From NCBI GenBank assembly GCA_944376795.1, contig CALWDW010000001.1, positions 8,915 to 72,914 on the forward strand: a stretch of 64,000 bases of DNA, read 5' to 3'. Below are positions 48,801 through 58,486 of the stretch, piece by piece (position 1 is the first letter of the stretch; every line of letters begins with the position of its first letter). The translations under genes were made by a program, and so were the position numbers. The stretch comes from an uncultured Christensenellaceae bacterium (GTDB lineage Bacteria; Bacillota; Clostridia; Christensenellales; UMGS416). The notes beneath the pieces were generated by a model. That model was not told where the DNA came from. It searched no databases and saw nothing but the letters and a program-made list of their open reading frames with translations.

Positions 48801-49811
48801 GGCTGCGGGCGTGGCGTCCGGGGTAGGCTCCGGCTCCTGGGACGGAGAAGTCTCTCCAGCGGCCAGCATCCGGCTTTCCTCCCCCACCGCTGAAAGACCC
48901 AAGCCTTCCATAGCCTCCATCTGGGCGATGGAGGCGTCAAGCTGGGCGATCGCCTCCTCCAGCTGGGTAACCCCCTGGGAAAGCGACTGCTGCTGGGCTT
49001 TCAGCTGCGCATTCTCCATCTCCAGGCTTGTGATAGTATTCAGTGCCGTTTGTAGCTGGGCTTTGGCGTCTGCCAATTCTACACTGGCGTCCGCCAGCTT
49101 CTGGGTCTGGTCGGTGGATTGGGATTCCAGTTCCGACTTACCCTCTTCCAATTCGGCCCGCGCTTCATCCAATTCCAGCTTTGTATTATAAAGTTCCTCG
49201 TCTACGCTCTGGAGCACCCGGTCGTTGATGTCGTCAATTTTCTCCTGATCCAAATGAATCTGCAGCTCTTCCTCAATCAGGCCGGTGGCCGTGACGGAGG
49301 CTACGCCATCGATCCGTTCAAAGGCCGGCAGTAGCTCATCCTGGACATATTGGGTGACTTCGCCGATATCCTTACCCTCCATGTCCACGCTCAGCATCAT
49401 AAGAGGCAGAGCATCCGGGTTAATCTTCATCATAACCGGCGCGCCCACACCATCCTCAAAGCCAGCCTTCACGGTATCAAGGGACCCGCTCATTTCAATC
49501 ATGACCGAATCCATATTGACGCTTGCATCAAATTCCATGACAACCAGGCTATAATTCTCATTGGATACCGAGCTAATATTGAGAACGCCACTGGTCGTTG
49601 CCAACGTCTGCTCCAAGGGTCTCGTTACCGACGACTCTACTTTTTCCGGACTTGCGCCCGGATAGGTGGTCATTACCACCACATAGGGCAGGTCCATATT
49701 GGGCAAAAGATCGGTAGTCATGCCCGTAAATGCCACAACCCCCAGAATGATCACGACGATTACGGCCACAAAGACGGTCATGGGCCTTTTAACACTGTAG
49801 CGACTCAGCAA
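45882..49811 (-). CDS. RND (AcrB/SwrC-like) efflux permease with a long coiled-coil insertion
   Basis: DLLPNMDLP, ALGVGMLVDNSIVVIENIYR, GVVVNNGIV, RMRPILMT; TTG start with GAGGGGG RBS. Confidence 0.92.
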   Translation of the reverse strand: MLSRYSVKRPMTVFVAVIVVIILGVVAFTGMTTDLLPNMDLPYVVVMTTYPGASPEKVESSVTRPLEQTLATTSGVLNISSVSNENYSLVVMEFDASVNMDSVMIEMSGSLDTVKAGFEDGVGAPVMMKINPDALPLMMLSVDMEGKDIGEVTQYVQDELLPAFERIDGVASVTATGLIEEELQIHLDQEKIDDINDRVLQSVDEELYNTKLELDEARAELEEGKSELESQSTDQTQKLADASVELADAKAQLQTALNTITSLEMENAQLKAQQQSLSQGVTQLEEAIAQLDASIAQMEAMEGLGLSAVGEESRMLAAGETSPSQEPEPTPDATPAATPLPDATPEPTEMPQETAAPTPTVPGEIPTLPPGTPTLDELRAQRSQLQTQLEETRNQLNTVTRELAVNEQTLAAMPMSKAEIESALAQLTAQQKQLEAGQQTLTSELTQAAMQIADGEVELDQATEEFEKARDAAYEAADISGVLTGDMISGILTAENFSMPAGYVTYQNEDHLIKVGNAFTSVEELENLLLFHVDVEEVGDVYLRDVATLEIADNAGEQYARVNGRDGIILSFQKQSTMSTAEVSERIQAVVQELSQQEAGLHITTLMDQGVYINLITSSVLSNLLYGGLLAILLLVFFLKDYKPTLIIALSIPISLMFAVVLMYFSGITLNVISLSGLALGVGMLVDNSIVVIENIYRLRSQGVSAAKAAVQGASEVAGAIFSSTLTTVCVFLPLVFTQGLTRQLFTDMALTITYSLMASLLVALTLVPSMASKMLVHTRERSHRMMEGFLNGYEKVLRFCLRYKPVVLTFSLVLLVVCGYMALQMGTSLMPSMDSTQMTASLSMPEGSSRDETLAMSDAFMERVLALEEVETVGALEGGSGMMLGGMGSSSGDGMSFYIILREDKTHSNEEIAQMIRDATADMDCELSVQASAMDMTSVLGSGIELVIKGGDLDTLQSIAVDMESILRDTEGVLEISTGLEDAPAETRIVVDKNKAMEYGLTVAQVYQEIAQAIQTETTATTLEVQDASYPVVLVREGVGKEDLADYVLTGTQNGEELSVRLKNIATISEAQGMTSIRRENQVRCLSVTASLDAEHNIGLVSRELEKTLDTYELPDGYTLEIAGESQQIDSAINDLLLMILLGIALIYLIMVAQFRSLMSPFIVMFTIPLAFTGGLLALWITGTEISIIAMVGFLLLTGVVVNNGIVFVDCVNQLRLAGMEKREALVQAGRLRMRPILMTALTSVLAMLTMALGVGMGADMSQPMAITTIGGLTYATLLTLLVVPVLYDIFQRRPLREVDLEETSHGD

Positions 49812-50116
49812 TCCGACACCCCCTCACAATACCGACCGGTCGGTCGGCGCTTCCATTATATCGGCCCCCCCCATCGGAATGCAAGCCTCCCGAAAAGGAA
49901 AGGTCCCCCTCGACAAAAAACACGCCTTGCAAAACATGGCGAACAGCAAAAGCGTCTCACTTCAGCTTTCCTGTCGGACGCCGCGAAGAACCTCCCACCC
50001 CTACAATGATGCCCATTCACAAAAAGCACGGCCGAAGGAAAAATCCTCCGGCCTCTTATTTTCTCTCCCCTTGGAATGTGGATCGCTACTTGGACATGGT
50101 AAAATCCTAGGGCTTT

Positions 50117-51058
50117 TTAGCGGGAAGCTCTCCCGTCATGGCAGCAAGTCTTCTTTTCATACAGTAGGCGGACAAGAATATCCTGGCCATAATTGCCAAA
50201 CCCGTTGCCAAATATGGTCAGCCCACCAGCCCCATTGGCCTGATGGGAGACCTCCAGCGTATAGTCGACGGACTCCCCTTGCCGCACGTGAAGATCGTCG
50301 ATGGTCACTTCGGAGATCTGCTGGCCATCCATAAAGCTTCCCTCCGCGGTGATGGACAATGTTTTCCGGAGCCCATACTGGTTCAGAGACGGCGCCCACC
50401 ATGAGGGCGTATGGATCCCATGATGGTTCCCATAGTCTCCCGGACTTACCCAGCTTCCCACCCAAACCCCATTCACCGCGAAATGGATCTCACTGGGCCA
50501 GTCCTCACAGGTTCCTGGCGCCTCACTGGCCAGCTCCTGGGTAATCTGGATGGAGGTAAGCCGCTCGTTCTGTCGCAGATAGTTGGGGATGCGATATGTA
50601 ATATACCCTTCCATGAACCATAAGATCCCAGCGTGGTGACGCTGCGGATCGTCAAAATACCGCGGGTCATCCAACTGGCCAATGATCTGCTTGGTGCTGG
50701 CCAGACCGCAGGTGGGCTGCACCTGGTGGGCGGCATAGGAGCCCACTGGCAGGCTGATCTCATACACATTATGCGGCGCCAAGCGTTCCTGGAAATTCAC
50801 CAAAAAACATGACTCCGGAACCATGCAAATCTTGGATATGCCGTGCCGTCCATTCACGTTGCGGATCTGCACAATCCCCGCTTGCGAAAGACACTTAATA
50901 TGGGCCGTCATGGCTCCGTTGGTAATGCCCACAGCCTCTGCCAAGGCGGAAGCGGCCATGCCACCGCGCTCCAGCATCAGCTCAATCATCTTGAGACGGA
51001 CGGGCGATGACAGCGCCTTACCAAACAGCGCCAGCTTTTCCGTATCAATGGGAAGCAT
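50117..51058 (-). CDS. ArsR-family HTH regulator with a C-terminal sensor domain
   Basis: KALSSPVRLKMIELM...AMTAHIKCL N-terminus; PTCGLAS, ASEAPG, WPSEI, GDYG, GGLTIFG; divergent from GH51. Confidence 0.8.
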   Translation of the reverse strand: MLPIDTEKLALFGKALSSPVRLKMIELMLERGGMAASALAEAVGITNGAMTAHIKCLSQAGIVQIRNVNGRHGISKICMVPESCFLVNFQERLAPHNVYEISLPVGSYAAHQVQPTCGLASTKQIIGQLDDPRYFDDPQRHHAGILWFMEGYITYRIPNYLRQNERLTSIQITQELASEAPGTCEDWPSEIHFAVNGVWVGSWVSPGDYGNHHGIHTPSWWAPSLNQYGLRKTLSITAEGSFMDGQQISEVTIDDLHVRQGESVDYTLEVSHQANGAGGLTIFGNGFGNYGQDILVRLLYEKKTCCHDGRASR

Positions 51059-51071
51059 TTTTTCATTCCTT

Positions 51072-51124
51072 TCTTGACACCTATCTGGAACTATGGTATC
51101 ATGCGATCAAGTTATATGTCAAGA
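51072..51124. promoter_or_regulatory. Overlapping divergent promoters (ArsR / GH51)
   Basis: + strand TTGACA(51074)-17-TATCAT; minus strand TTGACA(51122)-18-TACCAT; flanked by the inverted repeat TCTTGACA / TGTCAAGA. Confidence 0.65.
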
Positions 51125-51164
51125 TAAATTATTTTAGCTCTCATTAAACATTAGGAGGGATACT

Positions 51165-52655
51165 ATGGCAAAGTATGGCATTCGAGCGGACAAAAAGCTC
51201 TACCCCATTCATCCCGAAATCTACGGGAATTTCTCAGAGCACCTGGGCCGGTGCATCTATGAGGGGATTTATGTGGGCGAGGACTCTCCCATTCCCAATG
51301 TCAACGGCATGCGTACCGACGTGGTGGAGGCGCTGAAGAAGCTTAGCCTTCCCGTGCTTCGCTGGCCGGGCGGCTGTTTTGCCGATGAATACCACTGGAA
51401 GGATGGCATTGGAGAGAAGGCGACGCGCAAAAAGATGGTCAACACCCACTGGGGCGGCGTCGTAGAGGACAACAGTTTCGGCACCCACGAGTTCATGGAG
51501 CTTTGCCGCCAGGTAGGCTGCAAGGCCTACATCAATGGAAACGTTGGCTCCGGAACCGTACAGGAAATGGCCGAGTGGATTGAATACATGACCTTTGACG
51601 GCGTGTCTCCCATGGCCGAGCTCCGCGCCCGCAACGGACACCCCGAGCCTTGGAAGGTCGACTTTTTCGGCGTCGGCAATGAAAACTGGGGCTGCGGAGG
51701 AAATATGCGACCCGAGTATTACGCCGACGTGTACCGCCGCTACCAGACCTATGTCCGGAACTTTGGCAAGGAGCGCATCTACAAGATCGCCTGCGGCGCC
51801 GGTACCTCCATGGAGACCCCCAACTACGAGTGGACCGAGACCCTTATGAAGAATGCCGGACGGTACATGAATGGCCTTTCCCTACATTACTACACCGTGC
51901 CTGGCGACTGGAAGGACAAGACCAGCGCCACAGGCTTTGATGAGGATCTATACTATATTACCCTTTATCGTTCCCTTTTCATGGACGAGCTGGTTACCCG
52001 TCACGGCACCGTCATGGACCGCTACGACCCCGAAAAGCGCGTGGGCATGATTGTGGACGAGTGGGGTACCTGGTACGATGTAGAGCCCGGAACCAATCCC
52101 GGTTTCCTCTACCAGCAAAACACCATGCGGGACGCTATGGTAGCCGGAACTACTTTGAATATCTTCAACAAGCATGCCGACCGGGTGCGGATGGCCAATA
52201 TTGCCCAGACGGTCAACGTGCTGCAGGCCGTTATCCTCACTGACGGCGCACAGATGATCCTGACCCCCACCTATCATGTCTTTGAGATGTATAAGGTTCA
52301 CCAAGGCGCCACCCTTCTGGACAGTTGCCTGGAAACCGACCGGATTTCCCAGCATGCCATTCCCCAACTGCAGGAATCCGCATCCATGGATGACCAGGGC
52401 CGGATCCACGCCACCATTTGCAACCTTTCCGCCACGGAAAGCGCCCCGGTGGAGCTCACCATCCAGTGCGCCAAGGTTCAGGTAGCGGAGGCCGTCATCC
52501 TTACCGGCAACATGGACGATCACAATACGTTTGAAAACGGTACAGCTGTCGAGCCGGCGCCCTTCACCGGTATCCAGACACAGGTTGCCGGGGAAAACAC
52601 CCTTGCCTCCTTCACCCTTCCCGCCTGCTCGGTGGCGCGGATTACTTTCCAGTGA
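51165..52655 (+). CDS. Alpha-L-arabinofuranosidase (GH51)
   Basis: [36 protein letters not shown] (acid/base), IVDEWGTW (nucleophile), [10 protein letters not shown]. Confidence 0.95.
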   Translation: MAKYGIRADKKLYPIHPEIYGNFSEHLGRCIYEGIYVGEDSPIPNVNGMRTDVVEALKKLSLPVLRWPGGCFADEYHWKDGIGEKATRKKMVNTHWGGVVEDNSFGTHEFMELCRQVGCKAYINGNVGSGTVQEMAEWIEYMTFDGVSPMAELRARNGHPEPWKVDFFGVGNENWGCGGNMRPEYYADVYRRYQTYVRNFGKERIYKIACGAGTSMETPNYEWTETLMKNAGRYMNGLSLHYYTVPGDWKDKTSATGFDEDLYYITLYRSLFMDELVTRHGTVMDRYDPEKRVGMIVDEWGTWYDVEPGTNPGFLYQQNTMRDAMVAGTTLNIFNKHADRVRMANIAQTVNVLQAVILTDGAQMILTPTYHVFEMYKVHQGATLLDSCLETDRISQHAIPQLQESASMDDQGRIHATICNLSATESAPVELTIQCAKVQVAEAVILTGNMDDHNTFENGTAVEPAPFTGIQTQVAGENTLASFTLPACSVARITFQ

Positions 52656-52939
52656 AGCCCTGTCCCAAATGCCTGCTGGAAGAGCTGGATGAAAAAGCCC
52701 TGCTCTTGACGGTGCAGGAGTATGTCCGCCAGCTGGATCCCCGACAGAAGGTACCGGATGACGTATACGCCGCACGACTGGATACATGCACCGCGTGTCC
52801 TCACCTCGTAAGCGGCATGTGCGCCAAATGTGGATGCTACGTCCAGCTCCGAGCGGCCAAGGCACGTCTGGCTTGCCCGGATGTCCCGGCACGCTGGGAA
52901 GTATCCGCCCGGACATGTGGTACGGACGATTCCCCATAA
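52652..52939 (+). CDS. Small Cys-rich protein (DUF6171-like)
   Basis: CPKC...CTACPHL...CAKCGCYV...CP; GTG start overlaps the GH51 stop. Confidence 0.7.
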   Translation: MKPCPKCLLEELDEKALLLTVQEYVRQLDPRQKVPDDVYAARLDTCTACPHLVSGMCAKCGCYVQLRAAKARLACPDVPARWEVSARTCGTDDSP

Positions 52940-52984
52940 TGGCAGCCAGGCCAGTCCCGTAGGACTGGCCTGGCTGCCATTATG
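52935..52984. repeat. Perfect 23-bp inverted repeat (4-nt loop)
   Basis: CATAATGGCAGCCAGGCCAGTCC-cgta-GGACTGGCCTGGCTGCCATTATG; starts at the DUF6171 stop codon. Confidence 0.9.
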
Positions 52985-53096
52985 CTCGCCTGCATCCCAC
53001 GGACGGCAGCAGGCTGGTAGTTCTCGTCGGCGCAAAAAGGCCGCCGCACCCCAGCCATTCCGCCTATTCACTTTGCTGCGGTACAGTGCAAAAGAT

Positions 53097-53125
53097 TGAC
53101 AAGCTTTTCGGCCGGTGCTACAATA
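53097..53125 (+). promoter_or_regulatory. Sigma-A promoter of iorAB-paaK
   Basis: TTGACA-17 nt-TACAAT. Confidence 0.7.
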
Positions 53126-53201
53126 ATTTCCGTGATTTTTGCGCCGGTTCAACCCGGCGCAGCGCGTATATGTCCAATCTTTGACGGAAAGGTTGTTTCT
53201 T

Positions 53202-54995
53202 ATGAAAAAACTGCTCATGGGCAACCAGGCCATTGCCTTGGGTGCCATGCATGCTGGCGTCTCCCTGGTTTCAGGCTACCCGGGAACTCCCTCCACCGAG
53301 GTGCTGGAGACGGTTGCACGCAACAACGACGGCAGCATCTACGTCGAGTGGTCTGTCAATGAGAAGGTCGCCCTGGAGGTTGCGGCCGGCGCGGCGTACA
53401 CGGGCGCCCGCGCCCTCGTAACCATGAAACAGGTGGGACTCAACGTAGCGTCCGATCCCCTGATGAGCCTGGCTTACATTGGCGTCAAGGGCGGCATGGT
53501 AGTGCTGGTGGCCGACGATCCCGGCCCCATTTCCTCCCAAACCGAGCAGGATACCCGGCGCTTTGCCTCCTATGCCAAGATTCCCGTGCTAGATCCCACC
53601 TCTCCTCAGGAAGCCTACGAAATGATTGGGGAGGCCTTTGCCCTCTCCGAGCGGCTCGGGACACCGGTTCTCTTCCGTCCCACGACACGTGTCTGTCACG
53701 CCTGCCAGGACGTGGAGGTGCTAGAGAATCCCCAGGTCTCCGGCGACTTTCGCTTTGAAAAGGACAGCAAATGGGTCATCTTCCCCAGGCTGTCTTACCA
53801 GAACCATATCAAGCTGGAAGAACGCGCCGTGCAGCTCAGCCGGGAGTTCTCCGCGTATCCACGGAACGCCGTAACAGGCTCTGGACGCCGCGGCGTTGTA
53901 GCGTCCGGCGTCTCCTATGCCTACGCGATGGAGACCCTCTCCCAAATGCCCGGCGAAGCCAAGCTCATGAAGCTGGCAACTGCCTATCCCTTTCCCGAGG
54001 ACCTGGCCCTTCGCTTCCTGGAAGGTTTGGATGAGGTGCTGGTCATGGAAGAATTGGATCCCGTCATAGAGGACCAGCTGACCCTGCTTTGTGGCAAAGC
54101 TTTCCGCAAAGTCGTCATTCATGGCAAACGGGACGGGTTCCTTCCCCATGCCGGTGAGTATTCGGTCGAACTGCTCCGGGACGCCATTGACCGCTTCCTG
54201 CACATCCCGGTCGCCTCTGCGCCCCCGACGGCGCCGCCGCCTTCCCTCCCTATCCGTCCGCCTGTACTGTGCGCAGGCTGCCCCCACCGCGCCTCCTTCT
54301 ATGCGGTGAAGCAGGCAATGAAGGGACAGCGCGCCATCTTCTGCGGCGACATTGGGTGCTATACGCTGGGCAACGCACAGCCGCTGGATATGGTAGACAC
54401 CTGCCTGTGCATGGGCGCAGGCATTACCATGGCCCAGGGCCTGGCCAGAATGGAAAAAGGCGCCCATACCATCTCCTTCACCGGCGACTCCACCTTTTTT
54501 CACACGGGGATTCCCGGCGTCATCAACGCAGTCTATAATCAGCACGATATGACGCTGGTGATTCTGGACAACGCCACCACCGCCATGACCGGTCATCAGC
54601 CGCATCCCGGCATCGGAACCACAATGATGCGTGAAGTCAGCACCAAGGTGGACATCGCCGCCGTGCTGCGGGCCTGCGGCGTGGAGCACGTTGCAACGGT
54701 AGATCCTCTGGATCTTCCGGCAGCCATCGATGCCGTCAAGGCCGCTGTAGCGCATCACGGCGTTTCGGCTGTCATTTTCCGCTCGCCGTGCATCGCGGTT
54801 ACCAAGCCGGGAAAACCTGTCGCCATCACCGACCGCTGCGTAGGCTGCCAGCGCTGCATCCGGGAAATTGGCTGCCCCGCCCTAACATGGGCGGACGGTC
54901 GAGTTTTCGTGGACGAGAGTCTCTGCACCGGCTGTGGTCTGTGTACCCAGCTCTGTCCTACCCACGCCATCGAAGGAGGTGCCTGCCATGCGTAG
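53202..54995 (+). CDS. iorA: Indolepyruvate:ferredoxin oxidoreductase alpha subunit
   Basis: LLMGNQAIA, SGYPGTPSTE, EWSVNEKVALE, LCAGCPHR, GDIGCYTLG, TPP motif GDSTFFHTG, two ferredoxin CxxCxxC motifs. Confidence 0.95.
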   Translation: MKKLLMGNQAIALGAMHAGVSLVSGYPGTPSTEVLETVARNNDGSIYVEWSVNEKVALEVAAGAAYTGARALVTMKQVGLNVASDPLMSLAYIGVKGGMVVLVADDPGPISSQTEQDTRRFASYAKIPVLDPTSPQEAYEMIGEAFALSERLGTPVLFRPTTRVCHACQDVEVLENPQVSGDFRFEKDSKWVIFPRLSYQNHIKLEERAVQLSREFSAYPRNAVTGSGRRGVVASGVSYAYAMETLSQMPGEAKLMKLATAYPFPEDLALRFLEGLDEVLVMEELDPVIEDQLTLLCGKAFRKVVIHGKRDGFLPHAGEYSVELLRDAIDRFLHIPVASAPPTAPPPSLPIRPPVLCAGCPHRASFYAVKQAMKGQRAIFCGDIGCYTLGNAQPLDMVDTCLCMGAGITMAQGLARMEKGAHTISFTGDSTFFHTGIPGVINAVYNQHDMTLVILDNATTAMTGHQPHPGIGTTMMREVSTKVDIAAVLRACGVEHVATVDPLDLPAAIDAVKAAVAHHGVSAVIFRSPCIAVTKPGKPVAITDRCVGCQRCIREIGCPALTWADGRVFVDESLCTGCGLCTQLCPTHAIEGGACHA

Positions 54996-55587
54996 CTTCA
55001 GTTGTCTGCTCTCAGGTGTCGGCGGACAGGGCATCGTTCTGGCATCCAAGCTTCTGGCCCAAACGGCTATGGAGACCGGAATGCCGGCCATGACCTGCGA
55101 GACCATCGGCATGGCCCAGCGCGGCGGCTGCGTGGTCAGCCACGTCCGTGCCGGAGAGAATTGCTTCTCTCCCATGATCCCCCAGGGAACGGCCGACGTC
55201 CTGTTGGGGTTTGAACCCGCCGAAGCAGCGCGGCATCTGAGAATTTTGGCTCCCGGGGGAATCTGTGTCACAGCCTCCCGCGCAATCCGCCCCGTCACAG
55301 CCTCCCTAGGCGCGGAATATGACGGGGATGCCATTCTGGAATACCTCCGGCTTCACGCCCCGCGCCTCCTCCTGGTAGAGGACCAGCAGCTCCTCGCAAA
55401 GGTGGGTTCCCCTAAGTGCCTGAATACCATTATGATCGGCGCGGCAGCCGGGGCGGGAGCCTTCGATCTCCCCGCAGAGAGCTTCCTGGACGCCATTAAG
55501 GCAAATTTCCCCAGCAAGTACATAGAAATGAATCTTTTTGCATTCCAAACCGGCTATGCCTATGGAAAGAAGGCGGTTACTCCATGA
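54988..55587 (+). CDS. iorB: Indolepyruvate:ferredoxin oxidoreductase beta subunit
   Basis: GVGGQGIVLAS, ETIGMAQRGGCVVSHVR, GFEPAEA; GGAGG RBS. Confidence 0.93.
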   Translation: MRSFSCLLSGVGGQGIVLASKLLAQTAMETGMPAMTCETIGMAQRGGCVVSHVRAGENCFSPMIPQGTADVLLGFEPAEAARHLRILAPGGICVTASRAIRPVTASLGAEYDGDAILEYLRLHAPRLLLVEDQQLLAKVGSPKCLNTIMIGAAAGAGAFDLPAESFLDAIKANFPSKYIEMNLFAFQTGYAYGKKAVTP

Positions 55588-56822
55588 TGAACCCTCAGCA
55601 ATTTGCAGACTTCTCCACCCTGCTGGATCATGTATTCCAGCACAGCGAGTTCTATCAGAATAAGTTTCGGGCTGTCGGCCTGGAGCGCGGCGATATCCGT
55701 ACCCCTGAGGATCTCCAAAAAATCCCCTTTTCCGATAAAGGAGATCTGCGGAACGCCTACCCGCTCAAGCTCATGTCCGTGCCCGAGAATCAGATCGTCC
55801 GCATTCATTCCTCCTCTGGCACCACCGGAACGCCGGTGATCATTCCGTATACCCGGGGAGATATCCAGGCCTGGGCCATTATGTTTGAGCGCTGTTACCA
55901 AATGGCGGGCGTCACAAACCTGGATCGGATTCAAATCACGCCCGGGTACGGCCTCTGGACGGCGGGCATCGGCTTCCAGGCGGGAGCCGAGCGTCTGGGC
56001 GCCATGGCGGTTCCTATGGGCCCCGGCAATACCGAAAAACAGCTGCAAATGATGATAGACCTGAAGACCACCGTGCTCACCGCCACGTCTTCCTATGCCC
56101 TGCTGCTCACCGAGGAAGTGCAGCGCCGCGGCCTGCTGGATAAAATCCATCTTCGCAAGGGCATCATTGGCTCCGAACGCTGGGGCGATAAAATGTGGAA
56201 CACCATCCAAGACGGTCTTGGGATCCAGCTGTACGACATCTATGGCCTCACCGAAATCTATGGTCCGGGAATCTCCGTAAGCTGCGACGCCAAGGAAGGC
56301 CTCCACTACTGGGATGACTATCTCTACTTTGAGGTCATTGATCCGGAGACTGGCGCCAATGTTCCTGAGGGGCAGCTGGGCGAGCTGGTCATTACAACCC
56401 TCCGTAAAGAGGGAGCTCCCCTGCTTCGCTACCGCACCCACGATCTCACCCGCCTGATTCCCGGAAAGTGCCCCTGCGGCTGTGCCTATCCGCGCCATGA
56501 CCGGGTTCTGGGACGCACCGATGACATGACCAAGGTCAAGGGTGTCAATATCTTCCCCGGGCAGATCGATCAGGTGCTCAAGGGTATCGATGGCTGTACC
56601 AGCGAATACCAGGTTGTCATCGATCATGCCGATGGAAGGGACCATATGCTTCTCCGCTTCGAAACCAAGCAGACGAGCTGCTTGGACGAGCTGGAAGCTC
56701 TGGTACAGCGCACCTTCAAAACACGGATCGGCATCACCGTTGGCACGGAAGCCTTGGCTGTAGGCTCCCTTCCCCGCAGTGAGAAGAAGTCCACGCGTAT
56801 TATCGATAACCGTTTCCATTAG
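55584..56822 (+). CDS. paaK: Phenylacetate-CoA ligase family protein
   Basis: RIHSSSGTTG, YGLTEIYGPG, LLRYRTHD, GRTDDMTKVKGVNIFP. Confidence 0.9.
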   Translation: MMNPQQFADFSTLLDHVFQHSEFYQNKFRAVGLERGDIRTPEDLQKIPFSDKGDLRNAYPLKLMSVPENQIVRIHSSSGTTGTPVIIPYTRGDIQAWAIMFERCYQMAGVTNLDRIQITPGYGLWTAGIGFQAGAERLGAMAVPMGPGNTEKQLQMMIDLKTTVLTATSSYALLLTEEVQRRGLLDKIHLRKGIIGSERWGDKMWNTIQDGLGIQLYDIYGLTEIYGPGISVSCDAKEGLHYWDDYLYFEVIDPETGANVPEGQLGELVITTLRKEGAPLLRYRTHDLTRLIPGKCPCGCAYPRHDRVLGRTDDMTKVKGVNIFPGQIDQVLKGIDGCTSEYQVVIDHADGRDHMLLRFETKQTSCLDELEALVQRTFKTRIGITVGTEALAVGSLPRSEKKSTRIIDNRFH

Positions 56823-56967
56823 AAAGTTCTGTCTCCATGGGCCCCTCCTGCGGCATCTGCCGCGAACGGGGCCTTTGTTTTTTCCGTACTTGCGTAGAAA
56901 TCCTCCATATGCTTTTCCCCATGGACGTGCTACACTCAACCTATCAACTTGCAATGCGAGGTGCCCT

Positions 56968-58425
56968 ATGAAGCGTCCCCATATCATCCTATTCAATCCC
57001 GACCAATTCCGCGGTGATGCCCTGCATCATCTGGGGAATCCTGCTTCCCATACGCCGCATTTGGACCAGTTGGCCCAGGAAGACGGCGTGTCCATGCGCA
57101 ATGCCTTCTGTCAAAATCCGGTCTGTACTCCTTCTCGGTGTTCCTTCATGACCGGATGGTATCCGCATGTCCACGGTCACAGAACCATGCACCATATGCT
57201 TCGCCGCCCCGAGCCCGTACTCCTCAAAACCCTGAAAGACAACGGATACTACGTTTGGTGGGGCGGGAAAAACGACCTGGTTCCCAAGGATCGCGTAGCG
57301 GAGTGCTGCGATGTGCGATACCAGCCGCCTGCCGGCAGCGGCCGCTATAATCTCCACGCAATCCACGACTGGCGTGGAGATCGAAACGGGGACAACTGGT
57401 TTTCCTTCCTAAAGGGCCGGTTGGACGTTCCCGAAGGGGAAACCTGCGACGACTCCGACTGGGGCCATGTACACGGCGCCGTAGACCTCATCCGCCGCTA
57501 TCAGGGAGAAAAACCCCTGTGCATTTACCTGCCCCTGGGATTCCCGCATCCGCCATATGGTGTCGAGGAGCCCTACTACAGTCTCATTGACCGCACCCAG
57601 CTTGCCCCACGGATTCCTTCCCCCAACTGGGAGGATAAACCCCGCCTGCTCAGGGATATCCGCAGCATGCAGCGGCTTCAAAACTGGACTGAAGACCGGT
57701 TTGACGAACTCCGCGCTACCTACCTGGGGATGTGCGCCCGCATCGATGCCCAGTTTGGAATGATCCTGGAGGCGCTGAAGGAAGCCGGCATGTATGAGGA
57801 TACCGCCGTATTCTTCTTTAGCGATCACGGGGATTTCACCGGCGACTATGGTCTGGTGGAGAAAACACAGAATACCTTCGAGGACTGTCTCTGCCGGGTT
57901 CCCTTCCTGATCAAGCCCCCATCCGGTATCCCCTTCACACCCGGTATCCGGGATGCCTTGGTAGAATTGGTAGATTTCCCCGCAACCGTGGAGGCCATGA
58001 CCGGCATCACTCTCCAGTATTCGCACTTTGGCCGTTCCCTCCTGCCCTTGCTGGAAAAGGAGACCTCCCATCGGGATGCAGTCTTCTGCGAAGGCGGCCG
58101 TCTGGATACAGAGCTCCACGCCAGCGAGCAGGAATCCATCCCTGACGATCCGGAAATGAGCCTCTATTGGCCGCGTATGCATGCCCAAACCACCGATCCT
58201 ATCGCCCATACCAAAGCCACCATGTGCCGTACCCAGCGATATAAATACGTCCGCCGGCTCTATGAAAAGGATGAGCTCTACGACCTAGCGCTGGATCCGC
58301 AGGAACTTGTCAACCGGATTGAGGATCCGGCCTACGTGCCGATCCTTCTGGAATTGAAGGAACGTATGCTGACTTTCTACCAGGAGACCGCCGATGTGGT
58401 GCCCTGGATTCCTGATCAACGGTAA
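56968..58425 (+). CDS. Sulfatase (Cys-type, formylglycine-dependent)
   Basis: CQNPVCTPSRCSFMTG (CxPxR), PHPPY, FFSDHGD, DELYDL..DP.E; no signal peptide. Confidence 0.9.
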   Translation: MKRPHIILFNPDQFRGDALHHLGNPASHTPHLDQLAQEDGVSMRNAFCQNPVCTPSRCSFMTGWYPHVHGHRTMHHMLRRPEPVLLKTLKDNGYYVWWGGKNDLVPKDRVAECCDVRYQPPAGSGRYNLHAIHDWRGDRNGDNWFSFLKGRLDVPEGETCDDSDWGHVHGAVDLIRRYQGEKPLCIYLPLGFPHPPYGVEEPYYSLIDRTQLAPRIPSPNWEDKPRLLRDIRSMQRLQNWTEDRFDELRATYLGMCARIDAQFGMILEALKEAGMYEDTAVFFFSDHGDFTGDYGLVEKTQNTFEDCLCRVPFLIKPPSGIPFTPGIRDALVELVDFPATVEAMTGITLQYSHFGRSLLPLLEKETSHRDAVFCEGGRLDTELHASEQESIPDDPEMSLYWPRMHAQTTDPIAHTKATMCRTQRYKYVRRLYEKDELYDLALDPQELVNRIEDPAYVPILLELKERMLTFYQETADVVPWIPDQR

Positions 58426-58457
58426 CACAGCATTCTTCGCAAAAGTCTCGGCTTTCC

Positions 58458-58486
58458 TTGCCCTGCTGCCTGGATTTCGATATAAT
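58458..58486 (+). promoter_or_regulatory. Sigma-A promoter of the SPT-like gene
   Basis: TTGCCC-17 nt-TATAAT followed by an AT-rich leader and AGGAGG RBS. Confidence 0.7.
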
